A stretch of 33,074 nt of DNA, from IMG/VR virus record IMGVR_UViG_2737471830_000002, one strand, 5' to 3'. The notes below the pieces were generated by a model, which did not search any database, was not told the DNA's origin, and saw nothing but the letters and a program-made list of their open reading frames with translations. The position numbers and the translations under genes were made by a program. The stretch's first letter is position 1; the number at the start of each line of letters is the position of its first letter. This document shows, in pieces, positions 1 through 10,886 of this stretch. The stretch comes from a virus (Duplodnaviria > Heunggongvirae > Uroviricota > Caudoviricetes).

Positions 1-1209
1 TTACCCATCAATCACACCGGGTCTGAAATCAAATACATTTGCATCCCATATAGTAAGATGAAATCTACAGTGATTCATCACTCCGGGAGCATGTTCCATA
101 TGAACAATTTTACTCATTTGAGGATGAGGCTGCGATTTTAATCTTATTAGAATGTCTCCAATTCCAGATGATATATTACCTGAAGATGTTGGTAAGCTTG
201 TGTCGCGAAAATGATAGGTTGAGAACCATGAAGATAAGTTTAAATCTAGTGAAGATATAAAGTTTAACTTATTTGTACCAACACCAATGGCATGAGCAAC
301 AGTAAAACCTGTTGAAGATACATCTATTTCATTAAAAATCAAAACTTCTTCATCAATTGAATTGCAATCTATAGAAAAACCATATCCTTCATCCATAACA
401 GGAGATGTAGCAACCTCTTGTTTTACTGCTCCCTGGCGGTTAAAAACATAGAATGGACCAAATTTTGTCTTTTGAGTTAACCTGTCAAGATTTGCTGGCG
501 AGGTATAGTATTTTGTACCTCTAATTGTTAATGCAATACGTGTGTATCCTCCTCCAGGGATATCGACAGTTATCCTCATTCCGTTTCCGATGACATCAGT
601 AAGAACGTTTTTAAATATCAACCCATCTATGTTGCTGCGGATAATGAACTCTACATCAGGGCCAATGTGCAACCGTTCCAGCAGTGAGACATCTATATTA
701 TGTGGTCTAGTAATTAAATACTTCCCTGAATTTACTACAAAAGAACCGTCTTTAAGCATATCATCAAGATAATCACTACACGATATATTACCAGTATTAT
801 CAGCCCCGTAAGATTTTAGATCCCCCCCAATGTATTGATAACCGTATGGAGAATGAAGTTGTTCCTTTAGTTGATCAGGGTCATACTTCAGCACATTCGG
901 AAAATAGAACTGCTGAGAACCGTACGCATCATATACAGCCATAGAATGGCCTTGCACGGTAACGAATTTGGCAATCTGTCCGTTATATACAGGATATCCG
1001 GCAGCGTTAATGATGATTGGCTGTGCAACAGGAACGTGAGAGCCGTCTTCGTTCTCCACATAAACCTGAATCTGGTTTTCAGGATTTACCGGGTCAGTGT
1101 CAATTTTACCGATATAAATTTTGCCATTGGCTACGGCTTTAAAAGAACGCGCCATAGTGAAGAGTTGCGAAGGCATGCTTACCACAACATTTGCGGTGAT
1201 ATCTGACAT
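1..1209 (-). CDS. Tailspike protein, 402 aa, P22-type head-binding N-terminal domain with a divergent short C-terminal domain
   Basis: N-terminus [46 protein letters not shown] closely matches the P22/Sf6/HK620 tailspike N-terminal domain; ATG at 1209 preceded by GGAG; stop codon occupies 1..3. Confidence 0.8.
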   Translation of the reverse strand: MSDITANVVVSMPSQLFTMARSFKAVANGKIYIGKIDTDPVNPENQIQVYVENEDGSHVPVAQPIIINAAGYPVYNGQIAKFVTVQGHSMAVYDAYGSQQFYFPNVLKYDPDQLKEQLHSPYGYQYIGGDLKSYGADNTGNISCSDYLDDMLKDGSFVVNSGKYLITRPHNIDVSLLERLHIGPDVEFIIRSNIDGLIFKNVLTDVIGNGMRITVDIPGGGYTRIALTIRGTKYYTSPANLDRLTQKTKFGPFYVFNRQGAVKQEVATSPVMDEGYGFSIDCNSIDEEVLIFNEIDVSSTGFTVAHAIGVGTNKLNFISSLDLNLSSWFSTYHFRDTSLPTSSGNISSGIGDILIRLKSQPHPQMSKIVHMEHAPGVMNHCRFHLTIWDANVFDFRPGVIDG

Positions 1210-1225
1210 TTCATTGCTCCAGACG

Positions 1226-1252
1226 AATGATGTGATGCAACCATGATGTGAT
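1226..1252. promoter_or_regulatory. Direct repeat ATGATGTGAT x2 plus ATGCAA/TTGCAT inverted repeat in the divergent tailspike-mnt intergenic region; candidate operator
   Basis: Repeats read directly at 1226..1236 and 1242..1252 between divergently oriented tailspike and mnt starts. Confidence 0.3.
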
Positions 1253-1330
1253 TGCATACCGAAATGGTACTATTGAGTATTTATCCAGTAGGTTACGATG
1301 CCATTCCACCCAACTGGTGAGGCATCAAGG

Positions 1331-1591
1331 ATGTACAGCAAATACGACGAGGCGCAGTTTCACTTGAGACTTCCGCATGAACTCCACGCGAAAATTAAGC
1401 AGCGTGCGAAGATGAATAACAGGTCGCTGAACTCAGAGATAATTGCAGCGATTGAAGAATCATTGGCTAAACAAAGCTCTGCATCAGTTTACATTGACGA
1501 TGCAGAGCGTATGGCAGAACAACAATCTGATATGGTTAAGAAAATTGTCTTTGATACGCTCAAGGAGCTATATAAAAAAGACAGCAACTAA
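1331..1591 (+). CDS. mnt: Mnt-like ribbon-helix-helix repressor (immI-type)
   Basis: C-terminal half DAERMAEQQSDMVKKIVFDTLKELYKK resembles P22 Mnt; RHH-like N-terminus; ATG at 1331 with AAGG upstream; divergent from tailspike as in P22 immI. Confidence 0.7.
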   Translation: MYSKYDEAQFHLRLPHELHAKIKQRAKMNNRSLNSEIIAAIEESLAKQSSASVYIDDAERMAEQQSDMVKKIVFDTLKELYKKDSN

Positions 1592-1680
1592 CCATCCATT
1601 ACGGAGGATTTATGCAAAGAGATATGATGAATATTGCATTCTACATATTTGGTTTTTGCACTTTCCTGGTGTTTGCAAAG

Positions 1681-3678
1681 CTATTCTGACAACGCATCAG
1701 ACTTAGCCCCCTGCGTCAGAGCGTTAATTGCCTTTTGTGCCTGCTGCATTGCTTTCTCAAAGGCTGTTGATCCGCGTGGGGTGTTTGCCATTCGGAGCAT
1801 TGCATTTCTGAATGGTTCGCTCTCATAGGCGCGAGTAAGAAGTCCGTAGCTTACTGCTGCGCCAGTTGTCGCCGGGTTCATTGCCGTCCCATACCCGATA
1901 ATGAACGGGATGGTTTGCTGCCCTGTTGGTGTTGTTACTGCCGCTTTTGCTGCCTGCTGAGTGGACTGAAGGTAATTTTTCAAACCTTTCAGATAAGCAG
2001 CGTCCTGCCCCTTAAATGTGATGCCAGTCTGGCTTTGCAGGATGTTAAGCTGTCGAAGGAACTGGTCAGGGGATCCACCTGATTTCTCCATCGCCTTTCC
2101 AATGATGCCATTGCGCATTTGCGCCCTGCCAACACGACCAACTGAGTTATACAGCGTCTTAATTTCCGATTTGTTCTTGCTGAATAGCATGTTATTGACA
2201 ACTTCCGGCGTCAGATCGCCTTTCATGAGAACATTCTTCAGCCTGGTATTCTTTAGTTTCGCCGCTTCGTCAGCGTAGACGGCATTGGCCTGCTGATATT
2301 TACGGAGAGTATCGTTGCCAAGATTCTGACCAATGGCACCATTGATATCGTCGGTCATTGCCTTGTAAACGCGCTGAATGGCAGCATCGGAACGGTTTGG
2401 TAACACTGGTCGCTCCCCCTTCACGTCCATTCTGAACTGGCTGCGCAGATCGCTTAATTGCTTCAAATCCAGATTTACCGGACCATCAGGACCAGCATTG
2501 CGAACAAGCTCATCACGATAGGACTGAAGTTTTGAAATAGTCTCGTTATCAGCAACCTTACCAAGCTTCTGCAGGTTAGGTATTTCTGTATCAATCTGCT
2601 GAATTGCTCTTGCAGGCTGAATGTTTATTCCCGCCATAGCATTCTGAACCTGCTCCAGTCGATTTCCTGCAGCGCGACGAATTCCTGATGTTTTCGCTTT
2701 AAGGCTGTCAATAACAACCGCTGGATCATACTCACCGAATTTATCAGCAAATCTCTGAACCAACTGGCTTCTCGCTTCCTGTTGCGTTGCTCTCATTCCG
2801 CTTGTGCCAGCCAGGGGGATATTTTCTGCTGTCGTTTGCGCCATTTTTCCGACGCGGGAAGTAGGCTGTAACAGGTCTGTGGTGTGCAGAGGCACTCCTT
2901 CACGCTCTGCAAATCTGATAGTTTGCTGCGCTTCTGGTGCTATCGAACCACGAACACCACGATAAGCAGCACCTAATCCACGTCCGGCAGCGTTAATAGC
3001 ACCGCCAGCCAGCACACCAACGCCTAAATCGGTGGCGAGTGCTTCCGCATCATCTTTCGCACTGTTTGCAGCAAGTGATCCAACTGCGTTTTCTGCGAGA
3101 AGGCGAGTTGCCCCCTGAGCAATTCGACCAGCAAGTGTTGGTGCCTGTGTTGCCGCTCTCTCAACGCCAGCAGGAGTGAGGTAAGGCAATGCTTCAGCAA
3201 ATACCCTTCCCTCTGTCGTTTGTGGAGTCAGCGCGCCTTGCTGAAGGCCAAAGTCCTGCTCTAATCCCTGCGTTGTTACTCGTGGCGCTGGTTGATATGT
3301 ACCATCGCCAATGCCGAGTTTACCGCCAGCCCAAGCCGCCGCGCTTGTTACAGCATCTGCAACTGATGCAGGTATGTTTGCCACGTTCACGCCAGCCTGC
3401 ACCAGTCCGCGACCAGTCTCTTTCACTGCTTCACCAAGATCAGACATAAATCCACTTTGCTGTGGTTGTTGCTGTGCTACTGGTTGCTGTGTATCCACTG
3501 GCTGCACAGATGGCAATGGATAGGCAGCATAGAAAGCTTGCTTAGCCTGCTCTGCATTTTCTCCGGCTTGCGGGGCCACGACTTCATTGAAGTATTGCTC
3601 CTGAGCCTGCGCTTTTTGTTCTGGTGCTAACGCCTGATACTGTGGAGAGGCGATAACATCTTTCCATGCTTTAGCCAT
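1681..3678 (-). CDS. Ejection (injection) protein, P22 gp16 position
   Basis: 665-aa ORF, low-complexity Q/A-rich, last gene of the ejection-protein block by synteny with P22 (16-20-7-14-26-10-4). Confidence 0.6.
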   Translation of the reverse strand: MAKAWKDVIASPQYQALAPEQKAQAQEQYFNEVVAPQAGENAEQAKQAFYAAYPLPSVQPVDTQQPVAQQQPQQSGFMSDLGEAVKETGRGLVQAGVNVANIPASVADAVTSAAAWAGGKLGIGDGTYQPAPRVTTQGLEQDFGLQQGALTPQTTEGRVFAEALPYLTPAGVERAATQAPTLAGRIAQGATRLLAENAVGSLAANSAKDDAEALATDLGVGVLAGGAINAAGRGLGAAYRGVRGSIAPEAQQTIRFAEREGVPLHTTDLLQPTSRVGKMAQTTAENIPLAGTSGMRATQQEARSQLVQRFADKFGEYDPAVVIDSLKAKTSGIRRAAGNRLEQVQNAMAGINIQPARAIQQIDTEIPNLQKLGKVADNETISKLQSYRDELVRNAGPDGPVNLDLKQLSDLRSQFRMDVKGERPVLPNRSDAAIQRVYKAMTDDINGAIGQNLGNDTLRKYQQANAVYADEAAKLKNTRLKNVLMKGDLTPEVVNNMLFSKNKSEIKTLYNSVGRVGRAQMRNGIIGKAMEKSGGSPDQFLRQLNILQSQTGITFKGQDAAYLKGLKNYLQSTQQAAKAAVTTPTGQQTIPFIIGYGTAMNPATTGAAVSYGLLTRAYESEPFRNAMLRMANTPRGSTAFEKAMQQAQKAINALTQGAKSDALSE

Positions 3679-5072
3679 TAATCACCCCATAGTGAAGAAA
3701 AGTTACTGCTGGCTGCTGGCTGTGATACCTGTGCAGGTTGAGATTGCTGCCGCTGAGATTTACCAACATTAACGTTATATTGTTGGTTGTAATTGTTGGT
3801 GTATTCCTGAATCTCACGAATCGACTGCTGCATAGCCTCCGGGCTTGAATAGTCAACCTGCGGCATCCCCTGAAAATACATCTTCGCTTCTGCAACGGTG
3901 TTAATACCACTGGCCCCCATGTCCCTTGCTGCCGCCACACCCTGATTCTGCATTCTGCCCTGAATACGTTGTGCTGAGTTATATAACTGGCGCTGCTCTT
4001 TTCCTGTTAATCGGCTGCGAACATCAGCACCAATTGCCGGGTTACCTGCGCCGCCGGTCATTCCTGTCATGAAATCGAGAGCAGAAGCGTCTGCATTTGC
4101 GATCGCGTCGATATCCTTCTTCATGGCATAGTTTTGTGCTGATGCAGACGATGTTGCAGGCGCTGCGATTGAACTGGCAGGAACGCGAACCATATTCCCC
4201 TCGTTGTCGATGCCTTCGTAGAACGCATTTGCCCCAGCGCCGTGAAGTTTCCCGCCAACCGTTACAGTTCTGCCATCTGATAACTGAACTGTACGCTCAT
4301 CATTCCCAGCGGTTCCTCTTGTTGACGCTCGCTGCATTGCCAAATCCTGCCCGCGTCGCGCAGTAGAAGCAGATAAATCCTGACCGCGCATCGTGATGTT
4401 CTGACCTCGTGCTGTTAGCGCCTCTCCAGCCTGATTGCTGCGGATTGTCTCTGCAAGTTTTCCGCGATCAATCTCACGCCCAACGATTCTGTCTTGCGCC
4501 TGAAAATATTGTTCTGGACCAAGAGCAGCCATTCCAAGGTGATCAACAAACTCTGTGAAACCTTGTGGATTTTGCTGATACATTTTCGCCACATCCAGAG
4601 GGTCTACTCCGGCACGAGTAAGCTCAGATGAGTTGTTCTGCAACCATGACATCATGACTTCTAGAGATGAAGCTGCGAGTCTGACACTTGCTGCCAGTGT
4701 ACCGACAGTGGAACGCTGGTCTTCATCGACAAATTTCATGCCGTTTCTTACAGCGTCAAACTGCTCAGGATACTGTGATGCCAGTTTTCGCATTGCATCG
4801 CGGTCACCAGATGTATATGCATCAGCATAAGCCTGCTGAAACTCTTGCTGTCGCTTCTGCTGATCCATCTGCTTATACATATCCATGACAGATGAAATGC
4901 CCTGCAAAGCCTGCAAGCCAACGTTATTACGTCCTGAACGCTCCATCTCGTTATTCTGTCGAATGTATGCAAGCGTGGCGTCTGCATCACTTGCTCTTGG
5001 AGCGTTGGAGTTCATGCCGCCTAACCCGGCAAGAAGCGCGCCTGAATTACCAGCCTGTTGCCATGTAGCCAA
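3678..5072 (-). CDS. Ejection protein, P22 gp20 position
   Basis: 464-aa ORF; size and synteny; start overlaps the downstream gene stop. Confidence 0.6.
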   Translation of the reverse strand: MATWQQAGNSGALLAGLGGMNSNAPRASDADATLAYIRQNNEMERSGRNNVGLQALQGISSVMDMYKQMDQQKRQQEFQQAYADAYTSGDRDAMRKLASQYPEQFDAVRNGMKFVDEDQRSTVGTLAASVRLAASSLEVMMSWLQNNSSELTRAGVDPLDVAKMYQQNPQGFTEFVDHLGMAALGPEQYFQAQDRIVGREIDRGKLAETIRSNQAGEALTARGQNITMRGQDLSASTARRGQDLAMQRASTRGTAGNDERTVQLSDGRTVTVGGKLHGAGANAFYEGIDNEGNMVRVPASSIAAPATSSASAQNYAMKKDIDAIANADASALDFMTGMTGGAGNPAIGADVRSRLTGKEQRQLYNSAQRIQGRMQNQGVAAARDMGASGINTVAEAKMYFQGMPQVDYSSPEAMQQSIREIQEYTNNYNQQYNVNVGKSQRQQSQPAQVSQPAASSNFSSLWGD

Positions 5073-5084
5073 GAGACACCTCCA

Positions 5085-5738
5085 TTAAAACAGTGAACCA
5101 AGAAGGCCGACGCCAGCACCAATTGCTGTACCCCAACCAGGCATGATTGCAGTACCTGCAGCTGCACCTGCCGCAGCTCCACCCAAGGCGCTCTGAAATC
5201 CTGATGGTTTATTCGCATTAGCCGCAGATGCTGCCGCCTGCTGTTGATACAATTGGCTGACGTTGTTGGCATAGTTCTGCCCGGCGTTTGCCTGACCTGT
5301 AAGAGCGCCAAGGCCGATATTTGCCAGATTGTTGTAGTTGTTCATCTGACCTGACAGCCAGTTTTGACCGAGTGTAGGTGCGATTGCTGCTAACTGGTTT
5401 CCTGTTGCTGTAGAGCCTAATCCACCCGTTGCCTCTGCTGCTGCCAGACTCTGGTAACGCGCCTGCCCTGCAAGGTCTTTGTACTGCTGGGAGTTGTAAT
5501 ACTGGTTAAGCGCCTGACCTTGCCCCTGAAGAGAGGAAAGATTCTGCAACTGTGATACGTACTGCTGAGCGAGTGGCGTGAACGGTGCAAGGTTTTGCAT
5601 GTTCGTCTGCCACATTTCACGCTGCAGTTCGATGCCCTTTTCAGTTGCGCGTGCCTGCTCTTTTGCTCCGCTATCACCGCCACCTTTGCAGTACACAGCT
5701 TTGCTGAGGTGCTTATTGGCAATCTGGAAAATTAACAT
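5085..5738 (-). CDS. Ejection protein, P22 gp7 position
   Basis: 217-aa Gly/Ala/Gln-rich ORF; synteny. Confidence 0.6.
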   Translation of the reverse strand: MLIFQIANKHLSKAVYCKGGGDSGAKEQARATEKGIELQREMWQTNMQNLAPFTPLAQQYVSQLQNLSSLQGQGQALNQYYNSQQYKDLAGQARYQSLAAAEATGGLGSTATGNQLAAIAPTLGQNWLSGQMNNYNNLANIGLGALTGQANAGQNYANNVSQLYQQQAAASAANANKPSGFQSALGGAAAGAAAGTAIMPGWGTAIGAGVGLLGSLF

Positions 5739-6195
5739 TCTTTAGCTCCTCGTATTTTGAGCGCGGTAACTGATAAATCGTGATGCCTACAGGCTTTCCA
5801 TTGCTGGTATAAGCATCATCAAGGTGACCAACACGGGTAGCGCCAAGCAAACGGATAATTGCCCGTCCGTATTTCGTTGTGTCAGGAACCATAGTGATGC
5901 TGTTAAGGAATGGTGAGTTTTCGAGAAGCCATTTGCAGAATAATCGATGCCCTTGCAGTGCATATTCACCACGGAATCCGGGGTCGTACACCGCATGGCA
6001 TTCAACAACGCTATGCCAGAAGTGACGCACTTCATGAACTCCAGCCAGCACTAATCCTTCGTAGATGCCGAGGTATACCGCATCAGGCTTGATGTAGTAT
6101 TTATCTCCACTGTCTACGATATTTCCCGTGTTTGCCGGGTTGTTGAGGAATTCTGCAAGCTTCACCGGATTATCGATGAGCTTTATTTCCATCAC
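5713..6195 (-). CDS. P22 gp14-position protein (head completion / DNA stabilization)
   Basis: 160-aa ORF between the gp7-like and tail needle genes; synteny only. Confidence 0.5.
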   Translation of the reverse strand: MMEIKLIDNPVKLAEFLNNPANTGNIVDSGDKYYIKPDAVYLGIYEGLVLAGVHEVRHFWHSVVECHAVYDPGFRGEYALQGHRLFCKWLLENSPFLNSITMVPDTTKYGRAIIRLLGATRVGHLDDAYTSNGKPVGITIYQLPRSKYEELKNVNFPDCQ

Positions 6196-7040
6196 TGCTC
6201 CGCAATGATTTTGATGGTTGTGGCAGTAAACGCCGCACCATTTGACTGAATGGTTAACGTGCTGCCATTTGTGGCAAGAAAGCCGTCTTTATCCACGCTG
6301 AAGAACGTAGCTAACAAGATGTTATCAGTTGTTGTCGCCGAGTTGCGACTGCTTACCAGTGTGTCAGGAACAGAGCCGGAAAAGGTTAGCTGCATTGACC
6401 TGTTGGCGGTTCCGCTGGGCCACGTCCCGACGATCGACAGCTTGAAGAACAAGGTTTTGTTCTCGTTGAACACAACCATCTTGTTGTTAACGGTGTCGAA
6501 GAATGGTGCCAACGTGCCGGATGACGGCGTGAGCGTTTTCAGCAGGCTAACAAGGTTGATCGGCGCTGTCGGGATGGTTACAGATACGCCAGAGTAAACA
6601 ACCTCTGACTTCTTGCGAGTAGTGGCATACTCCAGAGCATCGATGCGCGTTTCATGGTCTGAAACCTGCGATTCCAGCGACTGAACTCTGGTATCAAGCG
6701 ACGCAATATCGCTTTCATTCTTAGCGATTCGCGTTTCATGTTCCTGAAGAGTTAATTCTGCCTGGCTGATTCGCTCCTCATGATTAACAAGCGTTGCTTC
6801 CGCAGCAGAAATTCGCTGCTCATGGTCAGCGAGAATCACATCCTGCTCATCGTTCCTGACTTGTGCGTCATAAGCGCCCTGTCCGGCCTCGTTGGCCTTG
6901 TTAGCCACGTTACCAACATCAGTGCCCTGTGCGATAACGTAAAGCAGATACGACTGCGAGAAGATATTGCGTGGAAGAACTGATGTATCGATCCGCGTAG
7001 CCTGAATGATTACCGGCACATTGAGATTCGAATCCGCCAT
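6192..7040 (-). CDS. Tail needle protein (P22 gp26-like) with extended C-terminal domain
   Basis: N-terminus [43 protein letters not shown]...[16 protein letters not shown] matches P22 gp26; coiled-coil heptads follow; 282 aa. Confidence 0.8.
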   Translation of the reverse strand: MADSNLNVPVIIQATRIDTSVLPRNIFSQSYLLYVIAQGTDVGNVANKANEAGQGAYDAQVRNDEQDVILADHEQRISAAEATLVNHEERISQAELTLQEHETRIAKNESDIASLDTRVQSLESQVSDHETRIDALEYATTRKKSEVVYSGVSVTIPTAPINLVSLLKTLTPSSGTLAPFFDTVNNKMVVFNENKTLFFKLSIVGTWPSGTANRSMQLTFSGSVPDTLVSSRNSATTTDNILLATFFSVDKDGFLATNGSTLTIQSNGAAFTATTIKIIAEQ

Positions 7041-8458
7041 TACTCAATCCTTATCTGAGCGCCAGACAGAGTGACAGGTGACTTCGTGATAACGCGCAAT
7101 TTGAAGCCGACATTTTTCCTGATGCGCCCGACTCGCTTCCACAAAACACGTTTGTCGTAAACGAACGGTTCATTCTGTTCAATCATCTGCTCACGTCCGT
7201 AATTTATGCCGTCAGTGGTTGCAGAGAGAAAAAGGCGGTCAGCGTACTGAGCAACACCCGTCGATGATTCCACCTCCAGATCAAAGCATCTGGCGTTATC
7301 TGCTTTGAAGAGTGGAGTAAACAGCAGGTGTTCCTGTTGAAGCCCATACTGACTGCTGATATCGAACTGCAATTTCCCGGTCACCGATTCCAGCTTATCG
7401 CCGCACGTTATCTGATTGCCTTCGTAAATGAAGTCGATAGCGCGGTACACATCGTCATACAGGCCTGTTTTCAGCACACACCATTGCGGACCATTGGCGC
7501 TTGAAGATGCGTCGTACACGAGAACATGGCGAGGAAGATGGATAACCAGCAATTCATGAGCATCAAAACGCAGCGATTCCATTACGCCATCAGCCAGTTC
7601 ATCAGCAGTGTAGGAGCGTAGTATTTTCTCAATGCTCGCGCTGGCGATTGGTGATACCTGACCGGAGCCGATGATATATACAGACGGCGCACCTGTTGCC
7701 GGATTGCTGATGAACGCATACGAATCAGCAAACGGCGTTTTGCAGTAAGTCCCGGCAATGCCTTTCTGCACCATCAGCGATGGCTGTGCGACATACAAAG
7801 CAGCACCAACTGTGGTTGCACCAGTCAGGGAGAAATATTCAATCGTCGATGAGCCAAAGCAGACGATGAAGTCTCGCCATGTTCCGATGCCGATGATGCC
7901 GTCAGGCTGTGATTCTGCCCGATATTGTGCGCTGTAGCGGTCAGGATGCGATTCGTCTTCAAGATCAGTGATAAACCATGAATCAGTACCGTCTTTTGAC
8001 CACGCATAACGCCCACGTAAGCGCGTAATGTCACGAACAGAACCTAGCTCATACTGCGTAAATCCACTGTCTGTAGGCCAGTTTGAGACGGTTTTAACCG
8101 TGCCATCATAGCGATACTCGACCAGTTGACCATTAACGCCTACCGCCTGTGATGTCCGACCATGCGCCATTGATACACGACCACTTCCGTCGACGTCACC
8201 GACTTCGCTTTCGCCTTTGTAGAGCTTGCCGCCACACACGCGATAAACAGCACTCTGCGCCATGTTGTACTCGACGCCTCGAGATATACCGTTCACATCA
8301 GAACGTTTGGCAATGCCCGGGAATGAGCGAAGATATCCGCTGCTGTTCAGGATTTCTTTGGGTGTAGCCAACATATTCACTGGCAGATAGTCGATATAGT
8401 CGGCGTTTCGAAAGTCTTTGCCGACACCTTTCATAAGCGGAAGTTGCTGAATCGGCAT
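7040..8458 (-). CDS. Tail hub protein (P22 gp10-like)
   Basis: 472-aa ORF, same length as P22 gp10, between gp26-like and gp4-like genes. Confidence 0.7.
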   Translation of the reverse strand: MPIQQLPLMKGVGKDFRNADYIDYLPVNMLATPKEILNSSGYLRSFPGIAKRSDVNGISRGVEYNMAQSAVYRVCGGKLYKGESEVGDVDGSGRVSMAHGRTSQAVGVNGQLVEYRYDGTVKTVSNWPTDSGFTQYELGSVRDITRLRGRYAWSKDGTDSWFITDLEDESHPDRYSAQYRAESQPDGIIGIGTWRDFIVCFGSSTIEYFSLTGATTVGAALYVAQPSLMVQKGIAGTYCKTPFADSYAFISNPATGAPSVYIIGSGQVSPIASASIEKILRSYTADELADGVMESLRFDAHELLVIHLPRHVLVYDASSSANGPQWCVLKTGLYDDVYRAIDFIYEGNQITCGDKLESVTGKLQFDISSQYGLQQEHLLFTPLFKADNARCFDLEVESSTGVAQYADRLFLSATTDGINYGREQMIEQNEPFVYDKRVLWKRVGRIRKNVGFKLRVITKSPVTLSGAQIRIE

Positions 8459-8958
8459 TATTCGCTCCCGTTATCGCAAGGTTCCTTTCGGTGGAAGTAA
8501 TTCCAACCATTCCACTTCGCCAACTGGTTACCACTACCAACAGGCATACGGTTTGGATAATCGGACTTACATTTAGCGGCTTTTGCTCTGTCCATTGCAG
8601 ACAGTTTGACGAGTCGCTCTTTCCCGTATCTGGCAGTGGTTATAAGTTTTGCAGACGCTTCCAGCGCATAATCCGGAGCAATGCGGCAGGCAAGGTTGAA
8701 AATGACGGCATTGATAGCGTTATTTGATAAGCCGTGTTCATCGCCAGGATCTGGAGCGACATCTGCATCAGCGAAAATGTAGCCAACGTTGATACCTGGT
8801 GACGCATCACCGCCAAGCCATTCAGCCATCATCATTTCAAGGTCGTTGACGCCGTCTTCCATAGACTGCGGTTCGACATCGGTTAACGTGGCATTTGATG
8901 CCACACCGAGCTTACGTAATGCCGCAAGGACTAAATCACCCTTCGTTGTCAGGTTCAT
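8458..8958 (-). CDS. Tail accessory protein (P22 gp4-like)
   Basis: Start at [33 protein letters not shown] (ATG at 8958), matching the P22 gp4 N-terminus; the longer ORF-track start with SQ repeats is an upstream extension. Confidence 0.8.
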   Translation of the reverse strand: MNLTTKGDLVLAALRKLGVASNATLTDVEPQSMEDGVNDLEMMMAEWLGGDASPGINVGYIFADADVAPDPGDEHGLSNNAINAVIFNLACRIAPDYALEASAKLITTARYGKERLVKLSAMDRAKAAKCKSDYPNRMPVGSGNQLAKWNGWNYFHRKEPCDNGSE

Positions 8959-9547
8959 CTGCTGCCGCCTTAGGTTTTCGACCAGGCTTTTTACGCTGTT
9001 TTTCTTCTGGCTCTGGCTCTGGCTCTGGCTCTGGCTCTGCAATAGCCGGACGCAAACTCAGGAGTCGTCCAAGAACATCATTTGCTTCATGACCATCCCA
9101 CTCTTTCCCGAACTCAAGCTCAGTACCTTCAGGAAGGAACTCGATTTCTTCAACAGGTAGGTGATAAGTGATTTCGCCTTCTGGAGTGGTGATACCAGCA
9201 ATGATCCAGCCATCCCACTCTTCACCGTCACTGTGTTTGCGAGACCACCACGAAAGCTCAGCGTAAGCATGCATCAGCGATGAGAAGAGGCGCACTCGGT
9301 GAGCGTAAAGCTCGTTAAAAGTGTGATAACCGTCGGACACTTCGCCCATATCAACTGGGTAAGTTTCACCTCCGCCAACACTGCCAATTTGATCACCAAC
9401 AAGAGGATCATCAGGAACATCGTCAGGGTGCTTATACCAGCCATTTGCTAAGTGCACAGCTACATCATCAGGATCAACGGTTTTCGTTTTCAGCTTGCGT
9501 CCCCAGATTTTGGTATCTCCGCCAGCCTGAAAAATCATTACGCTCAT
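8936..9547 (-). CDS. Hypothetical protein inserted between coat and gp4; C-terminal (EP)5 repeat and Lys/Arg-rich tail
   Basis: 203-aa ORF from ATG at 9547 (GGAGAT RBS) to 8936; no counterpart at this position in P22 as recalled. Confidence 0.5.
   Translation of the reverse strand: MSVMIFQAGGDTKIWGRKLKTKTVDPDDVAVHLANGWYKHPDDVPDDPLVGDQIGSVGGGETYPVDMGEVSDGYHTFNELYAHRVRLFSSLMHAYAELSWWSRKHSDGEEWDGWIIAGITTPEGEITYHLPVEEIEFLPEGTELEFGKEWDGHEANDVLGRLLSLRPAIAEPEPEPEPEPEEKQRKKPGRKPKAAADEPDNEG
9009..9038. repeat. Tandem hexanucleotide repeat (GGCTCT)5 on plus strand, inside a coding region
   Basis: Five perfect tandem copies; encodes [10 protein letters not shown] in the 203-aa ORF frame. Confidence 0.8.
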
Positions 9548-9590
9548 TGGTATCTCCAATAGAAAAGGGAGCCGAAGCTCCCTCTGGTTA

Positions 9591-10886
9591 TCACGCAGTC
9601 TGGTTAGGCAGACCAACACCAATTGCCTCTGGTCGTACAGCACATGCTGAATACCACACAGCAATACGGCACTTGCCAGACAGAGTGTTGATATCACCCT
9701 GCGTTGCGAAGATGCCGTTAACACCAATACCAGGAATGCTGAAGGAGGAAGTTTTCATGCCAGCAAACAGTTCATGGGTTACCGGAATCGGCTGAGACAG
9801 CAGGCGGATTGAGTCATCAGCCCAGAACACGTTAGCGGTGGTTGTTGCCACGTTCAGAACGTTTACCGGAGTGGTATCAGCAAGAGATGTGTTTACATTA
9901 GCGTAAGCCTTCTCTTCTTTTGTCAGTGACGCGTCATCCAGTGCAATCGGTTTCGGCGTGATTTCGATGTGAGTACCATCGATCACACGGGTGATTGAGA
10001 AAGTCGCATCATCAGTAAGCACGTTCTTCGCCATCTGAGACAGGAATTTCACACCAGTGAAGCTGATTTTGTCGCCGCGCTTAAACCCGGTGGTGGAGGA
10101 TACGGTCACCGTTGCAACACGGTTGTCGACGTTCTCCTTGTTACCATCGGTATCAAGGGTGTATTCCTGCGGCTTAAACTTCTGCGCTCCAGTCACAGTT
10201 ACACCAGTAGCGGTTGACTTGGTAACTGCCGGAAGTTTCGGTGAGCGAAGAATTTCATCAAAGCCAGCAATCTGACGCTGAATAGTACCGTTGCGATACG
10301 CTTCTTCAGGAACGCGCCCAAAGATGTCACCATCTACCAGGTTGCGGCCTGCTTTGCGGTAATCGTCAGGGTTCAGGAAGTAACTGATGCCCATATCGCG
10401 GTTTAGCTCACGGGAGAACATCAGGCGCTCTGCATCAGACACAAAATCCCAGCCAGACAGGCCAGTAGATGGACCAATTGCGCGGGTATCGTGAACAACA
10501 AGCGAGCCCATTTCAGTTGCCTGTTTGGCAATCGCTGACTCAATGTTATTCGCCAGTTTTTTGGCGGATGCCTGGATGCGGCGACGGTAAGAACGCTCAT
10601 CACGCAGGTCATCTGCACGAAGCTCGAAGAAATCGTTATCCGGATCACCCATGTTGCATTTCACGGAGAGTTCCAGAATCCCGGTAGCGTTGCCAGTTAA
10701 ATCCCAGCCAGTCTGAGTTGGCGCTTCCTGCTCAACAGGCATCCACACGGTGTTGCTTGAACGTTGCATGGATTCTGCAGGAGGGGTGTATTTTGTCACT
10801 TTGGACGCCATTGGCGTCAAGTTCTGGACGGTTTCGATGATTTCATCCAGAGCATACGTGACCAGTTGACCTTCATTTAATGCCAT
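9591..10886 (-). CDS. Major coat protein (P22 gp5-like)
   Basis: 431 aa; [27 protein letters not shown]...[13 protein letters not shown]...GVGLPNQTA is near-identical along its length to P22 coat. Confidence 0.95.
   Translation of the reverse strand: MALNEGQLVTYALDEIIETVQNLTPMASKVTKYTPPAESMQRSSNTVWMPVEQEAPTQTGWDLTGNATGILELSVKCNMGDPDNDFFELRADDLRDERSYRRRIQASAKKLANNIESAIAKQATEMGSLVVHDTRAIGPSTGLSGWDFVSDAERLMFSRELNRDMGISYFLNPDDYRKAGRNLVDGDIFGRVPEEAYRNGTIQRQIAGFDEILRSPKLPAVTKSTATGVTVTGAQKFKPQEYTLDTDGNKENVDNRVATVTVSSTTGFKRGDKISFTGVKFLSQMAKNVLTDDATFSITRVIDGTHIEITPKPIALDDASLTKEEKAYANVNTSLADTTPVNVLNVATTTANVFWADDSIRLLSQPIPVTHELFAGMKTSSFSIPGIGVNGIFATQGDINTLSGKCRIAVWYSACAVRPEAIGVGLPNQTA

Noticed and set aside
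542-1206. Plus-strand ORFs (542..772, 871..1206) inside the tailspike gene
   Set aside because: Antisense shadow ORFs within a well-supported coding region; no RBS or homology.
9009-9038. Hexamer tandem repeat as a CRISPR array or non-coding VNTR
   Set aside because: Repeat unit is 6 bp with no spacers and sits in frame inside a coding sequence.
8959-9042. N-terminal extension of the gp4-like ORF beginning [12 protein letters not shown]
   Set aside because: The gp4 homology starts at the internal ATG (8958); the SQ repeat is the same hexamer repeat read in the wrong frame, which is really the C-terminal coding region of the upstream 203-aa ORF.
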